Source: Octopus bimaculoides
Taxonomy: Eukaryota
Assembly: GCF_001194135.2 (NCBI RefSeq)
Contig: NC_068985.1
Coordinates: 99,837,954 to 99,901,446 of the forward strand
Length of the DNA stretch: 63,493 nucleotides
Reading direction: 5' to 3'
Shown here: one piece after another, positions 1-11,782 of the stretch
Layout of the letters: every line of letters begins with the position of its first letter
Position numbering within the stretch: position 1 is the stretch's first letter
Notes under the pieces: model-generated
Seen by the model: the letters and a program-made list of their open reading frames with translations, nothing else
What the model was told of the DNA's origin: nothing
Database searches by the model: none
Translations under genes and position numbers: made by a program

Positions 1-33
<33 letters not shown>

Positions 34-190
34 CGACGGGATTCTTTGAGTTTCCGTCTACCAAATCCACTCACAAGGCTTTGGTCGACCCGAGACTATA
101 GTAGAAGACACTTGCGCAAGGTGCCATGCAGTGGGACTGAACCCGGAACCATGTGGTTGGTAGGCAAGCTACTTACCACACAGACACGCA
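34..190 (-). mobile_element. SINE family A, 5' half (tRNA-like head plus body up to the internal (TA)n)
   Basis: Reverse complement matches the first ~155 bp of the full copies at 22040 and 40312 (TGTGTGGTAAGTAGCTTGC...GGTTCCGGGTTCAGTCCCACTGC...CTTG(G/C)GCAAGTGTCTTCTACTATAG). Confidence 0.9.
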
Positions 191-220
191 TATATCAAAG
201 ATATTCTTTTATGTTTTTAT

Positions 221-412
221 TTTATTTGTTTCCGTCATTATTGCGGAGAACCGAAGAAATCAACCCCAGGATATATTCTTTGTAAGCCTACTACTTCCGG
301 TATTGGTCACTTTTGCCGAGTCGCTAGGTTACGTAACGTAAATACACCACCATCAACAAACAATTCATTTGACCAAAGTTACACGCAGTGGGACCGAACA
401 CTTACGCCTGCG
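221..412 (-). mobile_element. SINE family A, degenerate and internally deleted copy
   Basis: Reverse-complement similarity to the A tail (GACTGAAACAAGTAAAAG), the A 3' body (AAAAGAGACCGATAG...CTTACAAAGAATA) and the head (GTCCCACTGCGTG). Confidence 0.7.
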
Positions 413-683
413 CATATGCATAATGTACGCACATATCTAGCTATATACGAACACAAGCACACACAGAAACGAACACACGCACACATACATGAGATTAAAA
501 TATTGCCCGAGTTTAATTTTTTTTAATTTTTGATTTTTTTAATATATAGTTACGCATCTTGTGCTTTTCTCCAAAATATCTCAAAAATAAAGGTTCATAT
601 GTTGGTGGTAGTGGCAGTTGGTAACTACTTCTATTACATCTGTTCCCGTGGATATTTAAGTGAATATTTTTATAGCAACAATA

Positions 684-684
<1 letters not shown>

Positions 685-746
<62 letters not shown>
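685..746. repeat. (TATC)n microsatellite running into an assembly gap
   Basis: Direct reading. Confidence 0.95.
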
Positions 747-1199
747 NNNNNNNNNNNNNNNNNNNNNNNNNNNNNNNNNNNNNNNNNNNNNNNNNNNNNN
801 NNNNNNNNNNNNNNNNNNNNNNNNNNNNNNNNNNNNNNNNNNNNNNNNNNNNNNNNNNNNNNNNNNNNNNNNNNNNNNNNNNNNNNNNNNNNNNNNNNNN
901 NNNNNNNNNNNNNNNNNNNNNNNNNNNNNNNNNNNNNNNNNNNNNNNNNNNNNNNNNNNNNNNNNNNNNNNNNNNNNNNNNNNNNNNNNNNNNNNNNNNN
1001 NNNNNNNNNNNNNNNNNNNNNNNNNNNNNNNNNNNNNNNNNNNNNNNNNNNNNNNNNNNNNNNNNNNNNNNNNNNNNNNNNNNNNNNNNNNNNNNNNNNN
1101 NNNNNNNNNNNNNNNNNNNNNNNNNNNNNNNNNNNNNNNNNNNNNNNNNNNNNNNNNNNNNNNNNNNNNNNNNNNNNNNNNNNNNNTATATATATATAA

Positions 1200-2600
1200 A
1201 TGGACTTGCTTTATTATTAAAGGCTGGTAATGCCTCCAGTATGCTTCTAGTTTTCGAGTAAATGCTATTTCGAAATCAAATTCAAATTAGTATTATACAT
1301 CATTAAGGACTGGTTTGCTGCTTTTGATGAAACACTTGTTAAACTCTTCTACTGCCTTCACTTTTCTCACAATGTTTATGAAAGGACATAGTAACATTTT
1401 ATGCAGTATGTTTCCAAGGGATTCCTTGAAAGTGTGTACCTTCTCAGAGTATCTCAACTTTACAGCCGGTGTATTCATGTGCGCAATTGTCGTCATTGTC
1501 TTCGCTGCTGTAGGCCGTTGATGACACTAACAATAAATCCCAGTTCTTCCTTCGAATGATGTTATAACGTTACTTTGTTCTCACTCATTTTCATAGAGCT
1601 TTCTTATCAGAGATATTTGGGTGATTTGCTATTACCTTCCCCAACTCAATGGCCACTTGGCTCACAAAGAAACTCAACCACCCTTTTGCAAATCTCGATC
1701 TTTGTTCTACTGAGATTCCAGATACTCTCCTCCAAACAGTATCAAGGTTGTCAAGTGTGTATGTGATCGGGGGTGGGGTCGACGATGATTCTTCCATGGA
1801 ACAGGCTGTACTTGTTTACATTGTAGTAATAACAGGTATGACCTGAATTTAATCACGTGGTCACTGTTATATAATCCTAACCAGACCAGTTTTTCACAGT
1901 CCAATACTTGTTACAGTTATACAGATTTCTGTTCTTACAGTTTATATTTGCATTAGTATTTTCCTTGTCATTTCGTTGATATAATCACCAAAATACACAT
2001 TTTACATCTGAAATATTTGTTATTGTAATTACATACTGTGAAGAATTTATCGTCGCTCTTTAGATTAAATGTACTTTTGTAAACAGCTGTGCCAAGGTTT
2101 TCTTTTGTCGGTTGATTTCATAAAGTGTTCGGTTACTCGTTATCAGTTGCATTGCTTCTTATAGGCCTTACAGAAGTAACTGAGATTAACTCGACGTTGA
2201 TTAACATATTTACGCATTATACAAATGTAATATCATGCACTTGCTCAGCATTTCAAAAATCCAATCTTCAGATCTACTTAGAAAATATGTCACACTTGTG
2301 AATGAAATATATGTCAACCACGCGTTTAATAAAACAATTTTTCACATATTGCAATATAGGTAATGCAATCGATCCATTTGCAAACGGAGCTGATATTTCC
2401 TTGAAAAATACCCAATTTCTTAGGGAAATATTTAGGAATGACACAACGTTGTAGCACGTGATGAACGGAGCTTTTGAAACGATTTCAACAACCGTAATTC
2501 CTTTGAAGTGAATCCGATTAGGACTGGAAATTGCAATAAATATTGAATTTCCACAAGATGCCAATATATTTTTATACGCGTCAACAGATGAGTACATATT
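1200..2600 (+). pseudogene. Possible heavily decayed multi-pass membrane protein (GPCR-like) sequence
   Basis: Ordered hydrophobic segments across frames with many stops: AGNASSMLLVF; VCTFSEYLNFTAGVFMCAIVVIVFAAVGR; FAITFP; ILVTVIQISVLTVYICISIFLVISLI; FFTYCNIGNAIDPF. Resemblance only. Confidence 0.2.
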
Positions 2601-3220
2601 AATATAACACTGAAGTTTTAAAATAAAATTCTTAACTAAAATGGCTCTCTTCTAATGAATATGAGTTATCATCTTACCAATATTATACCAAGAGAAAATA
2701 TATCTCTCCTGAAACATATTAAATTTTGTATTAAATATAACGCGGATTTTGCAATACGTACAACAAAGCAATTCTATTACAATAAAATATAAAACATCGT
2801 TTATTAGTGCTCTCAAGATGAATGCAGTTAGATTTCATTATTATCGTGAACTAGCTCAGAGTAAAATACATCGTTATTTTGCGTAAGTTTTGTTTCCGAG
2901 TGTAAAACATGCTTCTGTTGAAAGGCTGAAAAAAAGTGATCTGATCGTTTCGTTTAAAGAAGCAATTGGCTCACATTTAGTAATGTAGACAAATATTCTT
3001 TAAATCCTTGACGAATACCAGACTTGTGTCTCTATAACAATAGTAGATATCTTGAATATAGTTCCTTGCTAAACATTACTTCATGCTTAGAGTCTAAATT
3101 TAATTTATTTGATTAGACACTACAGAAGGCATATTCACGATATATTGATTTACACACAACCTACGCATACGCATCTATACCTTTGATTATATCAGTACAC
3201 ATATATGTGCTTGTATGTCA

Positions 3221-3413
3221 AGGTGGTGAGCTGGCAGAAACGTTAAAACGCCGGACGAAATGCTTAGCGGTATTTCGTCTGTATGTTCTGAGTTCAAATT
3301 CCTCCGAGGTCGACTTTGCTTTTCATCCTTTCGGGGTCGATAAATTAAGTACCAGTTGCATAGTGGTCCCCTCCGCAAAACTTTAGGTCCTTGTGCCTAG
3401 AGTAGAAAAGAAT
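3221..3413 (+). mobile_element. SINE family B (tRNA-like head GGTGAGCTGGCAGAA)
   Basis: Head with A-box-like GAGCTGGCAGAAACG and B-box-like GAGTTCAAATTCC; body GTCGACTTTGCTTTTCATCCTTTCGGGGTCGATAAATTAAGTACCAG shared with 48322-48556. Confidence 0.9.
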
Positions 3414-4690
3414 GTGCTTGTATGACTATAGAGGATAAGGTTGGTTATGGGTAAATGAGTGCTCAGAAATAAGATGAGATCGAGCATTAGATATGCTTAC
3501 ACAACATACATGATTACTTTACATTTACGAAAATAAAACACCGTTTTCCATGTAATTAATTGCTATTTTGTGACTACGGTGACGGATTTCATTGCTCCAT
3601 ATGTCTTCCGTGTGAAGAATTACTTTGTTAGTTAGAAAAAGTGAGAAGGACATTTCTTTGAACTATAATGTTTGCCTATTAAATTTCGTGCGTGAACGGT
3701 AGAAATACAATCACTCAAATGATTCATGTACAGACAAAATTGGAGAAAATGACGAGCGAGGTAGAAGGGAATGTTTTCGGTACATAGATAGAAGTCTTAT
3801 ATTTTTGTAAATTATTTTTGTAAGGAGGAGAAAAAGCTATCTCTGAAAGGTTTAAACATAGAGCAAAAGTAATTACAATAAGTACTAAGCCTATATTTTC
3901 AAGAATTCAATTAAGGAGATAGAATATTCGTATGATTAATTCTTACAGTTTTTATTTCATTTAGATGAAATAAAAGCTGTTAGAATTAATTATACGAATA
4001 TGATTATCGATGACTTAAAATGAATGGAAAATAGACTCAAAAGCTTGTGTTCCACTATGATCAAGTAGTTTCTTATAATGGAAAAATCTATAAGAAATCG
4101 TTAATTCTTAGAGATAAGACGTTATTGTAAAGAACCGTTAAAGTATTTTGATAAATATAATATCAAAGAAACGATTAGAGGCAAGTTAAGTAAGTTCTTT
4201 GCACGAAACAGTACTTTGAATCGATAATTTAGCAATTATAAAAAAAATAGATACATAATCATTTCAGAAAACAACAACAAAAAAATATTTGGTGTTTAAG
4301 AAATATTCAAAGAAATATTTTGAAGAAGCTACAAGGAAAAAAAATTCTAACCAAATTTTCAAATATAACGATTATTAAATTTTAAATTTTAACTATAATA
4401 CACTACTAAATTTATTTCACTTCAGATATATGAAAATACGGAAGTGCATTTTTAATTAATTTGTTTCAATAAAAATTTTATTTACGAGAGTCGCTTCGAA
4501 TACAAAACGCAATCTTCGAAAATTGAACACTGTTTGATCAATATGAGCCGATTGTGAATACATTAAAGCAAATAGAGTATACTGTAATTTTGATGGAGTC
4601 GAATATTCAAAAGAATTTACTACGAATTCAGTATATGATTCGTTGTTTAATCACTAAAATATGCGCAATGGCAACAGTTTATTTATATTT

Positions 4691-4895
4691 AATACTGTTT
4701 TCAAATTTTGGCACAAGGCCAGCAATCTCGTGGAAATGGTTAAGTTGATTACGTGGACTTCAGTGTTCAACTGGTAAATATTTTATCGATTTCGAAAGAA
4801 TGAAATGCAAATATGGTCTCGGTTAAATTTAATCTCATAACGTAAAGACTACCGAAACACCGATAACCAATTTTACCAGCGTGCTTACTCACCGC
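4691..4895 (-). mobile_element. SINE family B, degenerate
   Basis: Reverse complement shows a B-type head, the TTTCGAAATCGATAAAATATTTACCAGTTGAACACTG body and the tail GCTGGCCTTGTGCCAAAATTTGAAA. Confidence 0.7.
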
Positions 4896-4992
4896 TCATT
4901 TCCTGTATGATATTACCTAAACTATAGGTGTCGGCATGACTGAGATATGAAAAAGATCGCTTAGCAACTTCGTGCATCTTGGGAAATTGTTT

Positions 4993-5160
4993 AAGGTGGC
5001 GAACTGTCAGAATTGCTAACCCGCTGGGCGAAACACTGCTTATTTAACTTTTCATCCTTTCGGAGTCGATGAAATATGTTCCCGTTGAACACTGAGGTTC
5101 ATGTGATCGACTTCACCATTCCCTTGAATTACTGGCGTGGTGCCAAAATCTGTAACCATT
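4993..5160 (+). mobile_element. SINE family B, internally deleted
   Basis: AGGTGGCGAACTGTCAGAATTG head, TTTTCATCCTTTCGGAGTCGATGAAAT body and GGCGTGGTGCCAAAATCTGTAACC tail. Confidence 0.75.
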
Positions 5161-5269
5161 ATTAACTAAACGAAACCATACAACAATAAACAAATATATA
5201 AATCTATTTTATGGATTTAAGTTTCCACTGACAGAGAAGGACATTTTTCATAAAACCCCAAAAGTTTAA

Positions 5270-5600
5270 ATGACATTTGTCCAAGGCCGACAGCTGCGGC
5301 TCAGCAAACTGCAAGTTTTAACAGAGTGAGGGCTGCTTTTCGCATAGAATTTATCAATCGTTTCGTGCATTCAATGTACAGAAAATGCTTGGTGTTAATT
5401 AACGCTAACGGTGGTCACACGAGATATTGTGCTCATCTTTTTGGATCCAGGACACCCCGTCACCACCTGACACCGTCTACCGTCAAAGAAGTTTTAGGAA
5501 AAGTACAGTTTCCTAATTAGCACTCTTTAAGATATGCTAGTCTGTTAATAAACCGGTTCTTATTTAGCATTGTGCGACGTTCCTTTTCTGCTTCAGTTTT
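5270..5600 (+). mobile_element. Tc1-like DNA transposon 3' remnant (transposase C-terminus plus probable right TIR)
   Basis: Translation PRPTAA...EFINRFVHSMYRKCLVLINANGGHTRY matches the Tc1 C-terminal consensus (LI.SM..RC.AVI.A.GGHT.Y). The region ends in CTTCAGTTTTA before (TA)n. Confidence 0.7.
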
Positions 5601-5638
5601 ATATATATACACCAGGTCACCTATTCTTATATATATAC

Positions 5639-5691
<53 letters not shown>

Positions 5692-6229
5692 AATGTGTGA
5701 ATATGTCTTTTTTGTGTGAACGTGGAGGTATGTGTTTGATTAACAGGTGACCTCGTGTATTTTTAACCTTGTGAGAGCAATAATGTCGTCGTTTTCACAC
5801 TCGTCTATCGACAACGTAGCATTTACTATCGTTACCATTCCCCTACAGCTACTTGTCACTTTCAATGCTTCTGTGTTTTCTTTAACATCACTCTTATCTT
5901 ATCCGCTTCCGAGGTTCTCCCACCATATATATATATATATATATGATATCTAAACGTACCGTCTGAATTTTATAAGTAATGGGAGATATGTACATGTCCG
6001 ATGTTTGTGTGCGTGGTGTTTGCATTTTAGTTTTACGAATGCGTTCCTACAAGTAAGATGGTGAAATGATTTACTTATCAGTCAACAACGAACAAAATAT
6101 GTACTTTTAGAATTACCATATTTTCTAAACTTATGATGCAAAATGATGAAGTAAGTGTCATAAATTAACCTAGACACTTGAGCATTTTGCATGCAGAAAG
6201 ACTGTTAAGCAAAAGAGAGAGGTCAAGTA

Positions 6230-7450
6230 AAATGACCAGTGAATAAAATATCTTTCTTACAATATATATATTGAGCGTGCATTGTAGAATTATCTGCTAA
6301 CATCAATAAGTTTCAATGCTCGTATTGTGGTTTGCAAATTGATGAGACAAAAACATTAGGAACACTGTAATATTATTGGCATTCATTCAATCTGTTAATG
6401 GAGATCAAACAGTAAATCAGTTTCCATCGTTGAAAAGAAATGACAGCCACAATGGAAGATATAGTTATTCATATTTTACATTATTTCTTTAAAAGTTAGA
6501 AGTTCTAATTCAAGACAATGAGTGACTGTTTGTACTGGTGGAGCTCACTCTATGGTATTATATGAGAAAGAGCTTATAACAATTGTAAAGGAAGCAAACG
6601 AGCATTTTTGAAAGAAAATAATTTCTATGTAGTGTATGTTGCAAAACCATTGGGAGTTCGGCAGGAACATATTATTGATAACCTGAACCGTGATAAAAAT
6701 AGTCCATTAAAAAGTTCGTTTAGAAAAAGACATTTTATGGACGGATTTCCAGCACATATATTTTGCCTTATGGCAGGAAAATGAGACTAATGTCAAGGTT
6801 TGATGCTACGTTTTGTGCATGAACTTCAAAACGAGATTCTTGCATTGTTTATTTTATATATACAATTAAATTAACGATACTTTTGTGATTTGCTAGAATG
6901 TTAATTTTGGATTTATCGTTTGTAATGTTTGGAAGATTATCATAAGCTAAACCGGAATGTCTAAGGAGAAAAAAAAACTGAGAATATTCTGAAGTCTACA
7001 AATAAATACATGAAGAAGGATAATATGTTGATCTGGGGAGAGAAAAACAAGAGAAATTAATTTCTAGTGCTTCGTTTGGAAATATAAAAGTATATAAAAG
7101 AAATGGTTGGTTTCATAGCAGAGAAATTAAAGCTGTATGTTATGTAATTAAACAAACGCAATACTATTGTATAATATAAACATTTCCATGGAAACTAAAA
7201 CTGAACAAACTGAATTCTATATCCAGTGACAATGAAGTAGAAATTCAAATGGGTGATTTGTTTTTCTTCGTTTTGACAATAATTTCTTTCTTCTGCAACG
7301 AATACCCATTTCTAGCTTTGTTTCTATCACTTCAAACCTAAACAACATATTTATGAGAATTAGATCAATCGCCATTATCGAAAAGTAAAAGCAATGATAG
7401 AGACACTATTCAATATATTGAAAGAGAAATGATTAACATGTTTAAGAACA
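6230..7450 (+). mobile_element. Fossil hAT (Charlie/Buster-type) transposase, many stops and frameshifts
   Basis: Collinear motifs: RCIVELSANI; GLQIDET (catalytic D); LLAFIQ; VCTGGAHSM (cf. CTDGAPAM); SPLKS; LRFVHELQNEILA; HKLNRNV*G; NEYPFLA; TTYL*E (cf. TTYLCE). Confidence 0.78.
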
Positions 7451-8099
7451 TACATTCTATATTTGAGGAAAATGATAAAATGATAAAATTCCATTTGGCA
7501 TCCTCGTCTATGTGTAAATCAGCCCTGCATAATTATGGAGTGGATATGGTATTCGTTATCAACGGCAACCTACGAACTTTGTTTACAGCAATACAAAGCT
7601 ATGAATAGCAGATGTGAGCTAAGAGAGCTGCGGCTTCACCACCCCTGTTCAATGATACACAAATTGTCAATTTTTTGAGGTTTGCTAGGAACGTCTCACT
7701 CTATATGGAAATCATTAAATAATATATTTGCTGAATGTTTTGCAAAGCTCCGAAAGCTGCAAGAAAATTGTTATAAGCAACCAAAGCCGTGGTAGTCGAA
7801 GAATGTTCTGTTCATCGATTTATATTACACGTTGCTCTGTGCTCGAACGTACAAGCAGCATATGCTAGATGATCTGAAGTTAATTATCTTCTGGAGGATT
7901 TGACTGTAAAAGCAGAATATGCAGGCAATGACGTAAACAAACTATCCACCAGTAGACTTGTTTTAGTAACTTTTCCGTCTCTCAGGCCTAGTTATATTAT
8001 CAGTCATTTTATGCTGGCTAATATATACGGTACCAATACAGAAATCCGTCAACAAAACATTTTCTGATATTCTCTGTGTGTGATGTGTCCTTACCCGCA

Positions 8100-8131
8100 A
8101 AGACTCAAGTGAGTCCTCTTCTTACATTAAA

Positions 8132-8162
<31 letters not shown>

Positions 8163-8178
8163 TGTATGTATGTATGTT

Positions 8179-8227
<49 letters not shown>

Positions 8228-8720
8228 TGTCATCAGTCCTTGTTGAGTGCATTGGATCAAATGAAGCTCTCTTCTCTCTGATACCCTTGTTTTGATGCTG
8301 TTGCTAACAACAGATTTCTGTTTGCTCCGCATCATACTTGCCAACGGTGTGAACCGATCTGCGGCAAAACCAAGTCCCTTCCGATGAATTTGCGTTGCAC
8401 CCATCATATCTCGTTGTGTAAGAGAAGACACAAAGTCATAAGTCTCTACTTCTGCTTTCCAATTCCTGGTTATTTTCACATCTAGTGGATTACGCCTGAT
8501 TTCCGTGTCCTTCGACTCTCTCAACATCATCACCGTTCGTACCTTCCCCAGTTTATATATTTCGACTATCAACGCCAGTGGTAACAGCAAAGAGCCATTT
8601 TAAAGATAAAGAGCTGAATTGTTCAATATCCGAGGTACGCCTAGCCACTTTCTAATGAACAAGGAAAAAAGATTCCTTTAATGACTCGTGCTTAGATTGT
8701 TCTATTTCATTTAATCATAG
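8100..8720 (-). mobile_element. HERO-like (R2-superfamily, RLE) non-LTR retrotransposon fragment, region after the RT
   Basis: FIRKWLGVPRILNNSALY*NGSLLLPLALIVEIYKLGKVRTVMMLRESKD...TRNWKA...MGATQIHRKGLG...QQG matches the HERO pattern RRWLGLPR..S.ALYG..LQLP...EEFK...RES.D...TGRKW.A...G.....R.GLG. Interrupted by (TA)n/(TATG)n at about 8125-8224. Confidence 0.75.
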
Positions 8721-8827
8721 CAAATTAGAAACACTAATTATGAGAAATTTTGTAAGGTGCCAATGACAAATGCCAGAACAATTGTGGCCAATCACAGCAA
8801 CTCTCCCCTTCTCTTCCTCCTCTCCTT

Positions 8828-8953
8828 GCTACCACTACTGCTTCTGCTGCTGCCGCTGTTGCTGCCGCTGTTGCTGCCGCTGTTGCTGCCGCTGTTGCTG
8901 CCGCTGTTGCTGCCGCTGTTGCTGCTGCTGTTGCTGCTACTACTACCACTACA

Positions 8954-9011
<58 letters not shown>

Positions 9012-9060
9012 TTACTACTACTACTACCACTACTACTACTACTACTACAACAACATCTAC
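8828..9060. repeat. Compound trinucleotide repeat: (GTTGCTGCCGCT)n then (CTA)n
   Basis: Direct reading; source of the poly-L/C/Y/V/S ORFs in the track. Confidence 0.95.
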
Positions 9061-10604
9061 GTTGACTACGACGGCCCATCAACCATCTTCAGAAGGAATG
9101 CAACTAGCAGTGTATTTTGAAAGCGAACATCCGATTTCCAGTACTGGTAGAACGAAAGATTAATCTAATTATTTCAATTTATTTATCTTACAACATGTTT
9201 TCCTCATGATCCAAACCTGTAACATATTTAATGAAAATGTATTTTCTTTCATTTTGTCCATCATAGATTTGTCAAATAATGTTCTTCTTTGTGTTTATAT
9301 ATGTATATGTATGAATGTGTGAGTGTTTGTATGCATTTATGAATATTTATGAAACTAAATATACCAAATCATACACCGATATCAAGGTGACTATTCATCG
9401 CACTGCATAAAGGAGGATTATATTTACGAGGAATTCGAAAAATGACTAATAAAAGAGTGATATTCATATAAAATAATATTTATCTTTCACAAAGATAATA
9501 AATATATTTACACTAAATTTAGGAACAATTTAATTATATTAACGAACGCATTTTAACGTCCGTTCTTTATAAAGAATTAAAATAGATTTAATAAAGCAAC
9601 AGTGTAGTCACAGCTATTTTGACTCCAATATTTTTGAAAATACACTGCGTAAAATATGCATTTAATGTTTCAGTAATATATCAAAAAGTATCAATTAATT
9701 TTATGGTTTGTTTATAAATTAATCATGTTCAAATTATAATGCTGAAATTTTCCGCACACGATAATACATAAAATTTTCTTACTTGACGCTAATAGAATAT
9801 GTCTGCTTAAGATAAAAATGAAAGGCTTTGAATCGGAATTAAAATTCTGATACTTTAAAAAGTTCTCTCTATTATGTAGTAACTGAAAATGTCGTTTTTA
9901 AAGAGTGATAACATTATTTAATAGATCAACCTTATGGTAATTTATATTGAGTACGAATAAATAAAATCCCACATGACTTCAATATACTGACTTATTATTA
10001 TGAGAGAATTTTCATTTGTTGGCAGCTCATTCTAATAAATATATCACATCGAATAACAAAGATATGTTAATTTCTGGACTTTTTAAAATTCGTTCAAAAT
10101 ATACACGAATCGAACATGTTTGGATGTAGAAACAAGAAGTTAGATATTGTTGAACAATTCTGAAGTGCTCTTTTTACAATGCTATTCATCTTAGATATCT
10201 TTGCCTAACATATGTCGTCATATAAATAACAATTGATTATTATGATAGACATATTTCAAGAGATGAGATTAATGATTCATTGATTAACCTGAATATCGGG
10301 TAACGAAATAGAGCAGTGGGATTAACATTTTTTTGCAGGCGTTTATAAGATAAGCAAGATAGACCCTTTACGATTGACATGCTCTTGTGCAATTAAATAT
10401 TGGATTTTCTGGAAAAAAGGCTATGACGCTGTTTGCTCATTCTCGGATACATTCATCATAAAAAAAATTATCAACTTACTGTTGGGAAGATATATATACA
10501 TCTATAAAATCGTTCCTGTTGAGATCTCGCTATAATTTGGTTACTAGTGCTACGGTTGTACTTTCTTTATGTTTAGAAATAGTCATTTGTCTTTCTTTAA
10601 TCAT

Positions 10605-10659
10605 ATTCTTTTATTCTTCTACTTGTTCAGTCATTTGACTGCGGCTATGCTGGAGCACC
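10605..10659 (-). mobile_element. SINE family A 3' tail fragment
   Basis: CTTGTTCAGTCATTTGACTGCGGCTATGCTGGAGCACC is the reverse complement of the A tail. Confidence 0.8.
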
Positions 10660-11071
10660 TATTTTATATTATTTACAACTTGGTGACCATTACTTGACCA
10701 CGGATGGTTCTTCGTTTCATGCCCAGTGTTATTTTATCAACGTCGCAAATTATGTCACTGTAACTTTGTTGATGTTCATTTTCCTCTAAGCAAATAGGAA
10801 GTGAAATTCAATTTTCGTTTCTAAAATGTCATAAATCCATATTAAACTCTAATAATATAAGATGAAAACAACTTTTGTAAAAAACAGAAAATGGAGATTT
10901 CTTGAAAACATTTTTTAGGCGTAAACTCTAAGAATTTATACTCGGAAAAGAAAATGATTTTTTTAATATCCCAATATATATTCTACAAAATTGTCTACCC
11001 TTAGCTCTTTCACTGTTTCCAGTCAGGGGCCGGTGAGACAAGCCACCGTACACTATTTATGTAGTACATTA

Positions 11072-11202
11072 TACAAGGTGTCCACAAAGACTGGGTACAT
11101 GGAGTAAATAAAATCATAACATAAGCAATTAAAAATAAGAAATAATAATGTCTTAAAGTATGTATTAATCCTCTTGTACCCAGACTTTGTGCACACCTTG
11201 TA
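11072..11202. mobile_element. Tc1/mariner-type MITE (~127 bp, TA-flanked)
   Basis: TA-CAAGGTGTCCACAAAGACTGGGTACA ... TGTACCCAGACTTTGTGCACACCTTG-TA: ~26-bp TIRs with 2 mismatches and a TA target-site duplication. Confidence 0.85.
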
Positions 11203-11619
11203 AATCTGATTTTAAAATGTGGTAAATCCTCACTTTAGCTCTTCAAAGTTCGTGACAATCATTTTAATTCATATTTCCTGCTTGCTAACAAAATACATAT
11301 TCTGCTAACTTTTAAAGAAAAAGAATAAATATGATGCATTATTCTGAGCGTTTCCTTCATAAATATCACTGGATTTCACACCACTTATTCTCTTCACCAT
11401 CTCACCATCTCTACACTATCTGCCTCCAACTTCCTCCCGTTCACCTTTTCTGCCATCAAATCCCCCCTCCTCGTTCCATTTATCTACATCCCAGCTCCTC
11501 CCCTTCCTTGCTTCTTCTGCTCTTCTACATTTTTCACCCATTTCACCATTTTTTTTTCGTCATCGCATTTATCCACACCATTACCAGTTAAACAACATAT
11601 TCGTCATCGTCGTGGTGCT

Positions 11620-11668
11620 CTCCTTCACATCATTATCGTCATCACTACAATGGCCGTCGTCGGCATCG

Positions 11669-11702
<34 letters not shown>

Positions 11703-11727
11703 AATCATCGTCCCCATCACCACCACT

Positions 11728-11781
<54 letters not shown>

Positions 11782-11782
11782 G
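11620..11782. repeat. (ATC)n microsatellite
   Basis: Direct reading. Confidence 0.95.

Noticed and set aside
1700-1990. Cys-loop/chemotactile receptor resemblance (RPVF...ISVLTV..ICISI)
   Set aside because: Spacing between motifs is far too short and the Cys-loop FPFD signature is missing.
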